Source: Octopus sinensis
Taxonomy: Eukaryota
Length of the DNA: 64,000 nucleotides
Assembly: GCF_006345805.1 (NCBI RefSeq)
Contig: NC_042997.1
Location: forward strand, 131,130,001 to 131,194,000
Reading direction: 5' to 3'
In this document: in pieces, positions 36,589 through 48,100 of the stretch
Layout of the letters: each line of letters starts with the position of its first letter
Numbering within the stretch: the first letter of the stretch is position 1
The notes under the pieces: model-generated
Database searches by the model: none
What the model was told of the DNA's origin: nothing
What the model saw: only the letters and a program-made list of their open reading frames with translations
Translations under genes and position numbers: made by a program

Positions 36589-36972
36589 TGTGGAGGTGCA
36601 ATGGCCCAGTGGTTAGGGCAGTGGACTCGAGGTTGTAGGATCACAGTTTCGATTCCCAGACTGGGCATTGTGAGTGTTTATTGAGCGAAAACACCTAATG
36701 CTCCACGAAGCTCCAGCATGGAGTGGTGGCAAACCCTGCTGTACTCTTTCATCACAACTTTCTCTCACTCTTTCTTCCTGTTTCTGTTTAACTTGTATTT
36801 CAAAAGGCCAGCCTTGTCATACTCTGTGTCATGCTGAATCTCCCCGAGAACTACTTTACGGGTACACGTGTCTGTGGAGCGCTCAGCCACTTGCACGTTA
36901 ATTTCATGAACAAGCTGCACTGTTGATTGGATCAACTGGAACCCTTGTCATCATAAACGACGGAGTGCCACG
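36589..36972 (+). mobile_element. tRNA-derived SINE, family D-related
   Basis: GTGGAGGTGCAATGGCCCAGTGGTTAGG A-box, GTTTCGATTCCC B-box; shares CACAACTTTCTCTCACTCTTTC with family D. Confidence 0.8.
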
Positions 36973-37034
36973 ATATTGAGGCTGATGGGGCAAAAGAATT
37001 TTAGTGGAGCTTAAAAATTAAAACAGCCACCAAC

Positions 37035-37376
37035 AGCACAACATGCCCGATATCATTGTGTGAGAGCACAAGGAAAATATTGTTCTGTTGTGGAAATCAG
37101 CAGGCCTCTAGACACTGATGTGGTTAAAAAAATATAAGCAAAAGAGACCATCTATGGACCATTAAGTAGTTTGCAAATTTGGTACTCAAGATACACTTTC
37201 AGCTTCAACCAATTATTATTGGAAAAAGAGGATACATACCAACCTGTCTGGAGCAAACTATGGCTGAACATGGGATCTTGGGGAGAGAACATAAATCCTT
37301 AATTCGTATACTACAATTGATCACAATATCTGGGACTATAAAAACCTGCAAGACCTTATTCAGTTTTAAAGAATGA
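37035..37376 (+). mobile_element. Second RLE-type LINE C-terminal fragment
   Basis: HNMPDIIV...FQLQPIIIGKRGYIPTCLEQ...LIRILQLITISGTIKTCKTLFSF*. Confidence 0.7.
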
Positions 37377-37609
37377 TGGCAAAAACAAGATGCTTTCCTT
37401 CACAAGATCAAACTTACTCTAAATTAAAAAAGAGAAGAACATATATATATACATAAGTGCAGACATTGCTCTGAGACAAGAAGTTTGCTTCCCAGCCACA
37501 TGGCTCCAGCAGGTTCAGTTCCACTGTATGGTACCTTGGACATGTGGATTCTGCAACAGCCCTAAGCCAATCAAAACCTAGTGAGAGGATTTGGTTGATG
37601 AAAACTGAA

Positions 37610-37648
<39 letters not shown>

Positions 37649-37652
<4 letters not shown>

Positions 37653-38100
37653 ATCCAAACAAGAAAACACAGAAAAAAAGAGAAAAAAAACACAGCAACG
37701 CAGGACGTGGAACAGTTAAAGTATTATTGACGCTCAGGAAAGAAGGGAAGGAGGGTTTAACATTTCGAGCGGAGCTCTTCGTCGGAAACAAGGAGAAGGA
37801 AAGATCCCAAGAAGGGAAGACAGAGGAAAAAATATTTGAGCTGGTGGTGCTCAAGAGATCACATGTTGAAAGAACAGAAGTTGAGAGGTAGTCGAAACAT
37901 GGTTTTATAAGGCAAGAGAGTTTCAAAAAAGGAATGCCTGTGTGTGTGTGTGCAAGGATGACAAGTGTGTTTGTGCGTGCGTGTGTGTGTGTGTGTGTGT
38001 GTATTTTTGGTGAATAAAAAGCAATGACAAAGTCAGCTGTCATAAGGCACTCCTTTATGACTACCAGCTGTTTGTATCAAGCCAGGTCAAAGCCAGGTCA
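37649..38100 (-). mobile_element. Non-coding element abutting (TA)n and carrying an HHR fold (PLE terminal-repeat-like)
   Basis: Unique purine-rich segment starting directly at a (TA)n tract and containing the 37755-37789 motif; right boundary uncertain. Confidence 0.55.
37755..37789 (-). ncRNA. 35-nt minimal hammerhead-like fold, CCGACGA core
   Basis: GUUU-CCGACGA-A-GAGC-UCC-GCUC-GAAA-UG-U-U-AAAC; UG is probably a CpG-decayed CG, which would give the AACGUU palindrome. Confidence 0.6.
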
Positions 38101-38109
38101 AAAAAACAA

Positions 38110-38870
38110 AGTGTGTGTGTTGTTTGTAGTGTGTGTGTGTGTGTGCATGTGTGTGTTCGTGTGTGTATGCGTAGAGTGTGGGTGTGTGGCGAGTAACTGC
38201 TTAACCTAGTGCGTGTGTGCTTGTACGTGCGTGTGTGTGTGTGTAGGGATGTATGTGTGGGTTCACTTGTGTGAGAGTGTATGTATGTACGTGTATGTGT
38301 GTGCATGTATGTGTGCGTTTGTATGTGTTTGTGTGTATGTGTGCGTGCGCGGATAGGTGTATATTGTGTATGTATATCTGTCGGTGTGTATGTGAGTTTG
38401 TGTGTGGTTGTACGTGTGTATGTGTGTGTGAGTGTATAGTATATATATATATGTAAATGTGTGTGTGTGCGTGTGTGTGTACGTGCGTGTGAGTGAATGT
38501 ATGTATATATGTGTGTGTGTGTGTACAATGTAGAGGCTTATATGTGTGTTTATATGTTTATATGTGTGTGTGTATGTATGTGTGTATGTGTGTGTATGTA
38601 TGTATGTATGTATATGTATGCATGTGTGTAAGTATGTGTGTATATGTGTGTGTATGTGTGTATGTATGCGTGTGTGTATGTATGTATGTGTGTATGTGTG
38701 TGTATGTGTGTATGTATGTATGTATGTGTGTGTGTATGTATGTGTGTGTGTATGTATGTATGTACGTACGTACGTATGTATGTATGTGTGTGTGTATGTG
38801 TGTAAGTGTGTGTGTATGTATGTATGTACGTATGTGTGTATGTATGTATTTTTGCATGCGTGTATGTGCG
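38110..38870. repeat. Long complex (GT)n/(ATGT)n tract
   Basis: Direct repeats; source of MCVC/HTHI ORFs. Confidence 0.95.
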
Positions 38871-38880
38871 TATATATTCT

Positions 38881-39051
38881 CTCTTTTACTCTCTTTTACT
38901 AATTTCAGTCATTTCACTGCGGCCATGCTGGAGCACTGCCTTTAATCAAGCAAATCAACCCCAGGACTTACTCTTTGTAAGCCTAGTACTTATTCTATCA
39001 GTCTCTTTTGCTGAACTGGTAAGTTACGGGGGCATAAACACACCACCATAT

Positions 39052-39094
<43 letters not shown>

Positions 39095-39257
39095 TACAAC
39101 AGGCTTCTTTCAGTTTCTGTCTACTAAATCCACTCACAAGGGTTTGGTCGGCCCAAGGCTATAGTAGAAGACACTTGCCCAAGGTGCCACACAGTGGGAA
39201 TGAACCTGGAACCATGTGGTTGGTAAGCAAGTTACTTACCACACAGCCACACCTGCA

Positions 39258-39259
<2 letters not shown>
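38881..39259 (-). mobile_element. SINE family B, full length
   Basis: Reverse complement of the family B consensus. Confidence 0.9.
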
Positions 39260-39299
<40 letters not shown>

Positions 39300-39455
39300 T
39301 ACATATATAAAATGAAAGAAAGAAAATAGGGAATTATGGATGTATAAATAATTTATTTGCATGATATTATGAGGCTGAAAGTTTTTTTTATAAAAACAAT
39401 ACAAATAAATTATAAATTATAAAGTTCTAAAAGAAATAGCAGATGCCAAAAACCT

Positions 39456-39572
39456 ACATACATGTTTCGATTCATGCCCCTAGGTGATTTGTAATTCTAA
39501 TTATTTGAGTAGGGTCATATGCTAAGAATTGGTCATCATTTTCAACAGTATGGGGCAGAATCTTATCAGGGC
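39456..39572 (-). ncRNA. Decayed hammerhead fold with large stem II loop
   Basis: CUGAUAA-GAUUC-UGCCCC...GGGGCA-U-GAAUC-GAAA-CAUG-UA: 11-bp stem II, ACAUGU palindrome; G8 mutated, stem I weak. Confidence 0.5.
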
Positions 39573-39770
39573 TTTATGAGCTTTTACAACAGAAGTTAAT
39601 ATAATTCTTGAAAGGATGCAGACAAATTACTAATAAGTTTAAGAAGTTATATCAAATATATATATTGATAGAAATGGTAAGACAACAAAAGAATGAAAGA
39701 GACCTTGATATTATGTAAATAGAGGAATTTATCTGTAAATGTTATTTGTGACAGTTATTCGATAGCCATG

Positions 39771-39829
39771 ATAGAACTCCGAGTTTCGGATGCCGGGGTG
39801 GAAACCTGCACCAGCATCTCTTCAGTTAT
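39771..39829 (-). ncRNA. Hammerhead fold with extended stem II
   Basis: AUAA-CUGAAGA-GAUGCU-GGUG...CACC-CC-GGCAUC-C-GAAA-CUCGGAG-UU-CUAU; one mismatch in stem I. Confidence 0.6.
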
Positions 39830-39882
39830 TGGGCCATCAAAAAATGCTATGATTTTTCATAATTGTCACATATTACATTTAC

Positions 39883-39923
<41 letters not shown>

Positions 39924-40037
39924 TTCAAATGAATATGGTACTTAAGTTGAGGCACCAGAATTTAGTACAGTATTATCCATGCAATTTTAAAGTAAGGTGA
40001 TTAAAATCATAATAAACAACAAGGATATCCAGAGGTA

Positions 40038-40125
40038 ATGCAGTACGATCGTTTCATGCAAATCCATTTAATTGAACATTACAATCATTACATCAATTTA
40101 AAATGTAGAGCAATCTTTAGCTCAC
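40038..40125 (-). ncRNA. Core-mutated hammerhead copy (CUAAAGA)
   Basis: Mirror of 40258-40346 with G5 changed to A and a shortened stem I. Confidence 0.6.
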
Positions 40126-40257
40126 AAAGCCATAGAATTTAATTAAATTAGAACAGATGGACACATTAGTATAATTATACCTTAACTTCTTGGAGATTTT
40201 AGGTATAATCATACTAATGTGTCCATCTGTTCTAATTTAATTAAGTTTTATGTTTTT

Positions 40258-40346
40258 GTGCAGCTGAAGAGTGCTCTACATTCTAAATTGATGTAATGAT
40301 TGTATTGTTCAATTAAATGGAGCTGCATGAAACGATCGTACTGCAT
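40258..40346 (+). ncRNA. Type I hammerhead ribozyme, intact core, long stem II
   Basis: GUGCAG-CUGAAGA-(58-nt stem II)-GAAA-CGAUCG-UA-CUGCAU: 6-bp stem I, perfect ACGAUCGU palindrome, GUA site after 40340. Confidence 0.8.
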
Positions 40347-40739
40347 TACCTCAGGATGTCCTTGTTGCTTATTTTGATTTTATATATATATATAAGTAAA
40401 TGCATATGTGAGTGTGTATATCGTTGTGTCTTTGACTTTTGACATAACATGATAGCTGTAAATGAGTGTCCCTATCATATAAGCAGAGTCATTCATTTCC
40501 AATTTTCTGTGAGAACATGTCTGATCATGGGGAAATATTATCTTGTTTGGAAACAGGTGAGGGTTGCTGACAGGAAGGGTATCTGGCTGTAGAATATCTG
40601 CCTCTGATAAACTCCGTCTGATCCATGGAGCATGGAAAAATGGGTGCTAAATGATGAGGATGTATCTTCATCTATGTCTATAGCTATCTGTAGATGCATG
40701 TTTATGTAGATACATACATACATGCATACATGATGGCTG

Positions 40740-41290
40740 CTCCCTCTTTATCGAGTATGGCCATTGCACAAAGCTTAACTGTTATCAGTGCTGTGATTGA
40801 ATGTGACTTTTTAGTCCAGCTAAAGATCTACAATGTCTTGTACAGAATTGGCAGCTAAAACCTTTACCGGTAATAGCCTGTTGTAGTTGTAACTGGGCTT
40901 CATGTACCTTTGCATGTTGTTTAAGTCCTCCCACTGAATTACACTCCCTTCGACAGATATGATTAGTATGGTGTGTAACACCAACACCGGTGGCCTGCTT
41001 GTCAATCATCTGTCTCGCTTTATGACTACGAAGATGACTTTCGAGGCAGGGTCCTGCACAGGCACTGCATGTCAGCGTCATAGGAAGACTTACCATCTGG
41101 AAGTGCAACAGTAATGCCTTTCCTGATATTCCTCTTTTCTTTCTCATGCACAACTCGAGATTTCTCAAAAGTAGCTGTCCCCTTCTCTGCACAATCCTTC
41201 TCCACCTGCTACGGTCAATAGCTATGCCCTCCCATGTGTCAGGAGAGATGCAAGCATCTCTTAAGGAGGCCTTCAGCAAGTCCTTATACC
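40740..41290 (-). mobile_element. RTE/BovB-like LINE 3' end with three C2H2-like fingers
   Basis: TWEGIAIDRSRWRRIV then CSAC..SHLRSH, ICRRECNSVGGLKQHAKVH and CQFCTRHCRSLAGLKSHIQSQH*. Confidence 0.75.
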
Positions 41291-41554
41291 TCTTTTTTGG
41301 TTACATACATACATACATACATATGATTTTCTTGATTTTGTTTCTTTTCTCTCTTTCCAGCTTTTGTACTAACCTTCTTCACATTTTTTCCCTGCTTTTT
41401 TTTCTTTTTTCTTACTATCCAGTGTCCTTATCTTTAAAATATATATAATGCATAAAAGAGCCTGAAAGTCTGTTTTAACATACATGGCATATGCCTATTC
41501 AAGTATCATAATGGCATGAAACTATAAGTACCTTTTTTGGTTGTGTATTTGAAT

Positions 41555-41590
<36 letters not shown>

Positions 41591-42743
41591 GCTATCCTAT
41601 TTTATCCCTTCACACCATTTTATTAATTGTCCAACGGTGATTCTAATTAACTAAAATAAATGAAGTTGGGTTTGAATTTTGCATTTCTTTTTTTGGCATG
41701 TATTGAAGATCAAAACCAAGTTCAGATAAATTTTGGACCAAATAAATTAATAAATAAGATTATTAAAAATTAAATAAAAATAAAATTTCTTTCTAATTTT
41801 ATCCCAATTTTTTTTCTTATTTCATGTAATTGAATATGAAACATTAGCTTCACACCCTACAAAAAAAAAATCCTTATTTGCTAATAATCTTATGATGTAT
41901 GAGTTAATAGAAATAAATGAAGAAATAAACCAATTTCAAAGACAAAGGACGTAAAGAAGAACCAAGAAAAATTAATAAATAAAATTTTTTTTAAAATGAA
42001 TAATTCACCAAATTCTATTTTTTTTCATTTAATTAATTATTCCCTTTGAATCTCTGGTTTTTACATTTTCTCCCAAAATTTCAAAGGGTGGCAATTAAAA
42101 ATACAGCCATTATAAATTCTTAGTAAGATTACGTGCAAGATGGTGTGCAGAGTAAAAGCAGAGAGCTGAGTTCACAAGCTGATGTTCATTCTCAGTTTTT
42201 CTATCACTTATACTCCTAATATTCTTACTCTTTACTCTTTTACTGGTTTCAGTCATTTGACTGTGGCCATGCTGGAGCATGGTTCCAGGTTCAGTCCCAC
42301 TGCATGGCACCTTGGGCAGTTGTCTTCTGCTATAGCCTTGGGCCAACCAAAGACTTGTGAGTGGATTTGTAAGAAGCCTGTCACATATATATATGTGTGT
42401 GTGTGTGTTTACGTGTTTGTGTTTGTTCCCCTACCATCGCTTGACAACTGATGTTGGTGTGTTTACATACCCGTAACTTAGCAGTTCAGCAAAAGAGACC
42501 GATAAAATAAGTTCTAGGCTTATAAAGAATAAGTCCTAGGGCTGATTTGTTCAACTAAAGGCAGTGCTCCAGCATGGACACAGGTAAATGACTGAAACAA
42601 GTAAAAGAATAAAAGAATAGCAAGTTTGAAGCCAATATGACTAATCACAGACAAAGGAAGAGGCACTGTAGGGTATCTTCTTTGATATTTTACTTGATTC
42701 AGCCATTGGGCTGTGGCCATGCTGGGGCACTGCCTAGAAGGGT

Positions 42744-43248
42744 ATAAATAAATGCACCCTTTTAAAGCTTAGCCAGGATCATGGGCCCGGTTTCCTGGTT
42801 TCAATGGCGCATGTGTTCCCCAGCTGGACAGGACACCAGTCCATCGCAGCGTTACTCATTTTTGCCAGCTGAGTGGACTGAAACAAAGTGAAATGAAGTG
42901 TTTTGCTCAAGAACACAACGTGTTGCTCGGTCCAGGATTTGAAACCACAATCTTACGATTATGATGCTGACACCCTAACCACTAAGCCATGCGCCTCCAC
43001 AAAATAAATGCGCTCTTTTAATGCCTAGCCAGGCTCATGGGCCCAGTTTCCCGGTTTCTATGGCGTATGTATTCCCCAGCTGGATGGGATGTCAGTCCAT
43101 CGCAGCATTACTCACTTTTGCTAGCTGAGTGGATTGGAGCAACGTGAAATGAAGTGTTTTGCTCAAGAACACAACACGTTGCCTGGTCCAGGAATCAATC
43201 TTATGATCATGATGCTGACACCCTAACCACTAAGCCATGCGCCTCCAC
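42744..43248 (-). mobile_element. Head-to-tail dimer of tRNA-derived SINE family E within a single TSD
   Basis: Two about 250-bp units with GTGGAGGCGCATGGCTTAGTGGTTAGG heads; CCTAGAAGGGT at 42733-42743 and 43249-43259. Confidence 0.85.
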
Positions 43249-43904
43249 CCTAGAAGGGTGTATTTGAACAAATTGATCCCAGTACTTGTGTTTTAAGTCT
43301 GGTTCTTATTCTATTGGCCTCTGCTAAGTTATGGAAATGTAAACAAACCAACGCTTGTTTCAAGTGGAGGAGGAGGACAAATGGAAAAGCACACACACAC
43401 ACACACACACACAAACCAGATGACAGGCTCCCACATAATTTCTGTCTTTCAAATTAGCTCACAAGGCACTGGTCGGCTCAGGACTATAGTTAAAGACTCT
43501 TCTCCAAGGTACTGCGTAATGAGATTGAACCTGAAGCCATGTGGTTGCAAAACAAGCTTCTTAATCATATGACCATACCTGCACCTATCTAAATTTCTTT
43601 TCTTAGAAATCTGTGCATTTATTTATAAAATGGAATCAACCATTCCACAGTGAAGTGGAACCTGCTGTCATCTAAGCAGACTAAGACAGTTGTATATCTT
43701 ACTAAAGAATATATGCAATATATACAATTGCTTTAGTAAGCAATAAAGTTTGAGCTCACCACGTGATCAAGAGCTTAATATTAAAACACTATAAATTCAT
43801 ACAGTGTAGGCTTTGCTAAAAATATGTTGGTGTGAATAGTAAGCAAGGATTCATTCCGTCAGTGATAATTCACAACCTTTGGCCTATTGTTATATTGGGA
43901 TCCT

Positions 43905-44006
43905 GCCTCTGATTCTACTACTACTACTACTACAACCACCAGCACCACCACCATCACTACTACTACTACCACAACTATCACCACCACCACCACCACCACA
44001 TCCACC

Positions 44007-44038
<32 letters not shown>

Positions 44039-44095
44039 CATTACTATTACTACTATCACTACTACTACCAACACCACCACCACCACCATTGCTGC
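43905..44095. repeat. (ACT/ACC)n trinucleotide tract
   Basis: Direct repeats. Confidence 0.92.
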
Positions 44096-44246
44096 TGCAT
44101 CTTTTTTTTCTCATTTAAAACAATGTCCCACTAGAACACTTCAACCTTTGCTTTTTAAACCATTGTCTATGAGCAAATGAGAGACCATCTACAAGGGTAC
44201 ATTAACCCCAACCAAGGGTCATTTTGCTTCTGTATGACCAATATCA

Positions 44247-44419
44247 CACTAGGGTAGCTAGAGTGTGTGTTGCGCGGGGCAGCTCTTCCGTTTGCTGCCC
44301 CCTGGACCCCACAAAAGCCATATTACCTATAGCAAGACCCAAAAGTGCCACCTCTTTGAAAGGCCCGCATGGGGCAGACCACCCCTACACCCCAAACCCA
44401 CCCACCAGCTATGCTAGTG
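44247..44419. mobile_element. Small GC-rich MITE candidate
   Basis: CACTAGGGTAGCT ... AGCTATGCTAGTG imperfect TIRs; no clear TSD. Confidence 0.4.
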
Positions 44420-44429
44420 ACTCTACTCT

Positions 44430-44660
44430 TATTTCGTTATTGGCCACAAGGGGCTAAACATAGAGGGGACAAACAAGGACAGACAAAGGGATTAAGTCGA
44501 TTACATTGACCCCCAGTACTTGATTGGTACTTTATTTTATTGACCTTGAAAGGGTGAAAGGCAAAGTTGACCTTGGCGGAATTTGAACTCAGAACGTAAT
44601 GGCAGACAAAATACTGCTAAGCATTTAGCCCGGTGTGCTAACGTTTCTGCCAGCTCGCCA
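44430..44660 (-). mobile_element. SINE family A
   Basis: Full consensus on the minus strand. Confidence 0.88.
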
Positions 44661-45196
44661 ACTCTACTCTATCGTATGAAATCTCTCACTTTTACCAAAA
44701 TAACCTTCAATCGTGGCTGAGAAATGAACTTATTCAAAATAGAATGGTTTCAAATTTTGGCACAATGACAGTTATTTTGAGGGGTGGGGCTTAGTCGGTC
44801 AAGTCAGCTCCAGAGCTCAATACATACTTATTTTATTGTCCATGGAGGGATGGAAAGCAAAAGTTGAGCTCAGCAGACCTTGAAGTCAGAATATAAAGAA
44901 CTGAAAGAAATGCTACTAAAAATATTGCCTGGTGCTCTACCAGTTCATTACCTTCTTAAAGAAAGTAACAATTCTTTCTAATTTTTGATTCAGGTTCAGC
45001 AATATTGAGGGAGCGTGGCAAGTCGATTACATTGACCCCAGTACTTGATTGGTACTTTATTTCATTGACCCAGAAAGGATGAAAGGCAAAGTTGATCTCA
45101 GTGGAATTTGAACTCAAAATGTAGAGAGTCAGAAGAAATGCCAATAAAGTATTTTTACCAACACTCTAATGAGTCTGCCAGGTCATTGCTTCCTTA

Positions 45197-45600
45197 ATCA
45201 TCATTTAACGTCCGCTTTCCATGCTAGCATGGGTTGGACAGTTTGACTGAGGGCTGGCAAACCAGATGGCTGCACCAGGCTCCAATCTTGATTTGGCAGA
45301 GTTTCTACAGCTGGATGCCCTTCCTAACACCAACCACTCCAAGAATGTAGTGGGTGCTTTTACGTGCCACCGACACGGGGGCTAGTCAGGTGGTACTGGC
45401 AACTACCTCACTCGAATCTTTTTACACATGTCACCGGCACAGGTGCCAGTAAGGTGATGCTGGTAATGATCACACTCGAATGGTGCCTTTACATGCCACC
45501 GGCACGGAAGCCAGTTAGCCGCTCTGGCAACGATCACGCTCGGACGGTGCTCTTAGCACCCTACTAGCACGGGGCACAAGTGCCAGTAAGGCGAATAATC
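45197..45600 (-). mobile_element. Family C repeat with modules
   Basis: CATTTAACGTCCGCTTTCC... plus GTGCCACCGGCAC modules, including the TAAGAGCACC-type module also seen at 26960. Confidence 0.85.
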
Positions 45601-46314
45601 CTTTCTACTATAGGTACAAGGCCCAGAATTTTGGGGGAGAGGGCTAGATGATTACTTTGACCTCAGTGCTTGACTGGTGCTTAATTTAATGATCCAGAAA
45701 GGATGAAGGGCAAAGTCAACCTCGGAGGAACATGAAGTCAGAATGTAAAACTGGATGAGATGCTGCTGAGCACTTATGGTCTGATTCTCTAATGCAGTGG
45801 TTCTTGAACTTGAGGAGCTCAGATGTCTTTAACGGTTTTGACTCCAGGTTCATGCTCTTGTTTACCTTGATAATCATGCTAGCTATATGACACATAGATC
45901 CCATCCTTTTATTGAGACATGCAAAGGTCATGAAGGCTGCACCCCTTCTGACTAAATTATTTATAAAATGCTTGTCAAACAACTTCAAAACTAAGAACTG
46001 AATAATATTATGACATATTGATATTAAAATCTGCAGTTTGTCTGCATTTATATTTACTTTGTGACTGGAAATTGCTTGATTTGATGTATAAATAAATCTT
46101 GTAATTTTCATGTTTTTATTTGGATTAAATTGCATGTTTTTAGGGAACATGCTTGCAAACATATATATATATACGTACCCCACACATATACATACACACA
46201 CACATGTATGCATGTATGTACATATGTACGCATGTGCGTATGTATGTATGTATGTATGTATGTATGTATGTATGTATGTATGTATGTATGTGTGTGTGTG
46301 TCTGTATGGTAAGT

Positions 46315-46742
46315 GGGCATAGGAGTGGCTGTGTGGTAAGTAGCTTGCTTACCAACCACATGGTTCCAGGTTCAGTCCCACTGCATGGCACCTTGGGCAA
46401 ATGTCTTCTACTATAGTCTCGGGCCGACCAAATCCTTGTGAGTGGATTTGGTAGACGGAAACTGAAAGAAGCCCATTGTATATATGCATATATATATATA
46501 TATATATATATATAAGTACGTGTGTGTGTATATATTTGTGTGTCTGTGTTTGTCCCTCCACCATCGCTTGACAACCAATGCTGGTGTGTTTACATCCCCA
46601 TAACTTAGCGGTTTGGCAAAAGAGACCAATAGAATAAGCACTAGGCTTTCAAAGAATAAGTCCTGGGGTCGATTTACTTGACTAAAGGCGGTGCTCCAGC
46701 ATGGCCACAGTCAAATGACTGAAACAAGTAAAAGAGTAAAGA
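46315..46742 (+). mobile_element. SINE family B, full length
   Basis: Matches the family B consensus. Confidence 0.9.
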
Positions 46743-47334
46743 ATATATTTTATCATTTCATGTGCATGCACACGCACGTATGAACACACACACACACACA
46801 AGTGCATATATATGCACACACTTTGGTGTAATATTTATCAGAGTTGAAATGTATTCAACATACCTGTGTTTCAATTCCTATAGACAATTCTGTCCACTTT
46901 TCTCCATTTTATGATATATTTGTGAATGTGTGACCAGTTTATTTCAGTTTCTGTCAACCAAATCCACTCACAAGGCTTTTGTCAACTGAAGGCTGTAGTA
47001 GAAGACACTTGCCCAAGGTACCACACAGCAGTTCTGACCCCAGAACCATATGGTTGGGAAGCAAATTTCTTCCACAAAGCCATGCGAGTGAATGTTCTTA
47101 AACCTCAACCACCTATATTACATCACAGCACACAGACATGGTGATCTGGAGTGGCTGTGTGGTAAGTAGCTTGCTTACGAACCACATGGTTCTGGGTTCA
47201 GTCCCACTGCGTGGCACCTCGGGCAAGTGTTTCTACTATAGTTTCGGGTTGACCAAAGCCTTTTGAGTGGATTTGGTAGCCGGAAACTGAAAGAGGCCTG
47301 TTGTATATATATGTGTGTGTGTGTGTATATATAC

Positions 47335-47670
47335 ATCATCATCATCGTTTAACGTCCGCTTTCCATGCTAGCATGGGTTGGACGGTTCAACTGGGGTCTG
47401 GGAAGCCCGAAGGCTGCACCAGGCCAGTCAGATGTGGCAGTGTTTCTACAGCTGGATGCCCTTCCTAACGCCAACCACTCCGAGAGTGTAGTGGGTGATT
47501 TTATGTGCCACCGACACAGGTGCCAGACGAGGCTGGCAGACGGCCACGCTCGGATGGTGTTTTTTATGTGCCACCGACACAGGTGCCAGACGAGGCTGGC
47601 AGACGGCCACGCTCGGATGTGTTTTTTTATGTGCCACCGACACAGGTGCCAGACGAGGCTGGCAGACGGA
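47335..47670 (-). mobile_element. Young family C repeat with a 63-bp module repeated about 2.7 times
   Basis: ATGTGCCACCGACACAGGTGCCAGACGAGGCTGGCAGACGG at 47503, 47566 and 47629. Confidence 0.9.
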
Positions 47671-47701
<31 letters not shown>

Positions 47702-47799
47702 ACATGTTTGTGTCTATGTTTGTGTTTGTCCCCCCAACATTACTTGACAACTGATGCTGGTGTGTTTACGTCCCCGTAATTTAGTGGTGCCTAAATAAA

Positions 47800-48100
47800 G
47801 ATGCCAGTGCTGCCTTGACTGGTTCCTGTGCTGGTGTCACATAAAAAGTACCATCCAAACGTGGATGATGCCAGCCCCCTAGGCCCCTGTGCTCGTGGCA
47901 TGTAAAAAGCACCCACTACTCTCTTGCAGTGGTATGTGTTAGGAAGGGCATCCAGCTGTAGAAACACTTCCAGATCAGATTGGAGCCTCGTGCAGCCTCC
48001 TGGATTGCCAAAACCCAGTAAAAACAATCTAACCGATACCAGTATGAAAAACAGACCTTATACGATGATCATGATGATAATGATGATGATGATGATGATG
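47800..48100 (+). mobile_element. Family C repeat
   Basis: Modules, AGGAAGGGCATCCAGCTGTAGAAAC and (GAT)n. Confidence 0.8.

Larger units (their letters stand above)
39922..40382. mobile_element. Inverted-dimer element (181-bp arms, 18-nt loop) between (TA)n tracts
   Basis: 40002-40182 is the reverse complement of 40201-40382; extra 80-bp tail on the left. Confidence 0.85.

Noticed and set aside
370-48027. Numerous ORFs rich in YIYI, HTHT, MYVC, poly-T/V/P/E
   Set aside because: Translations of microsatellites and SINE bodies; no coding signal.
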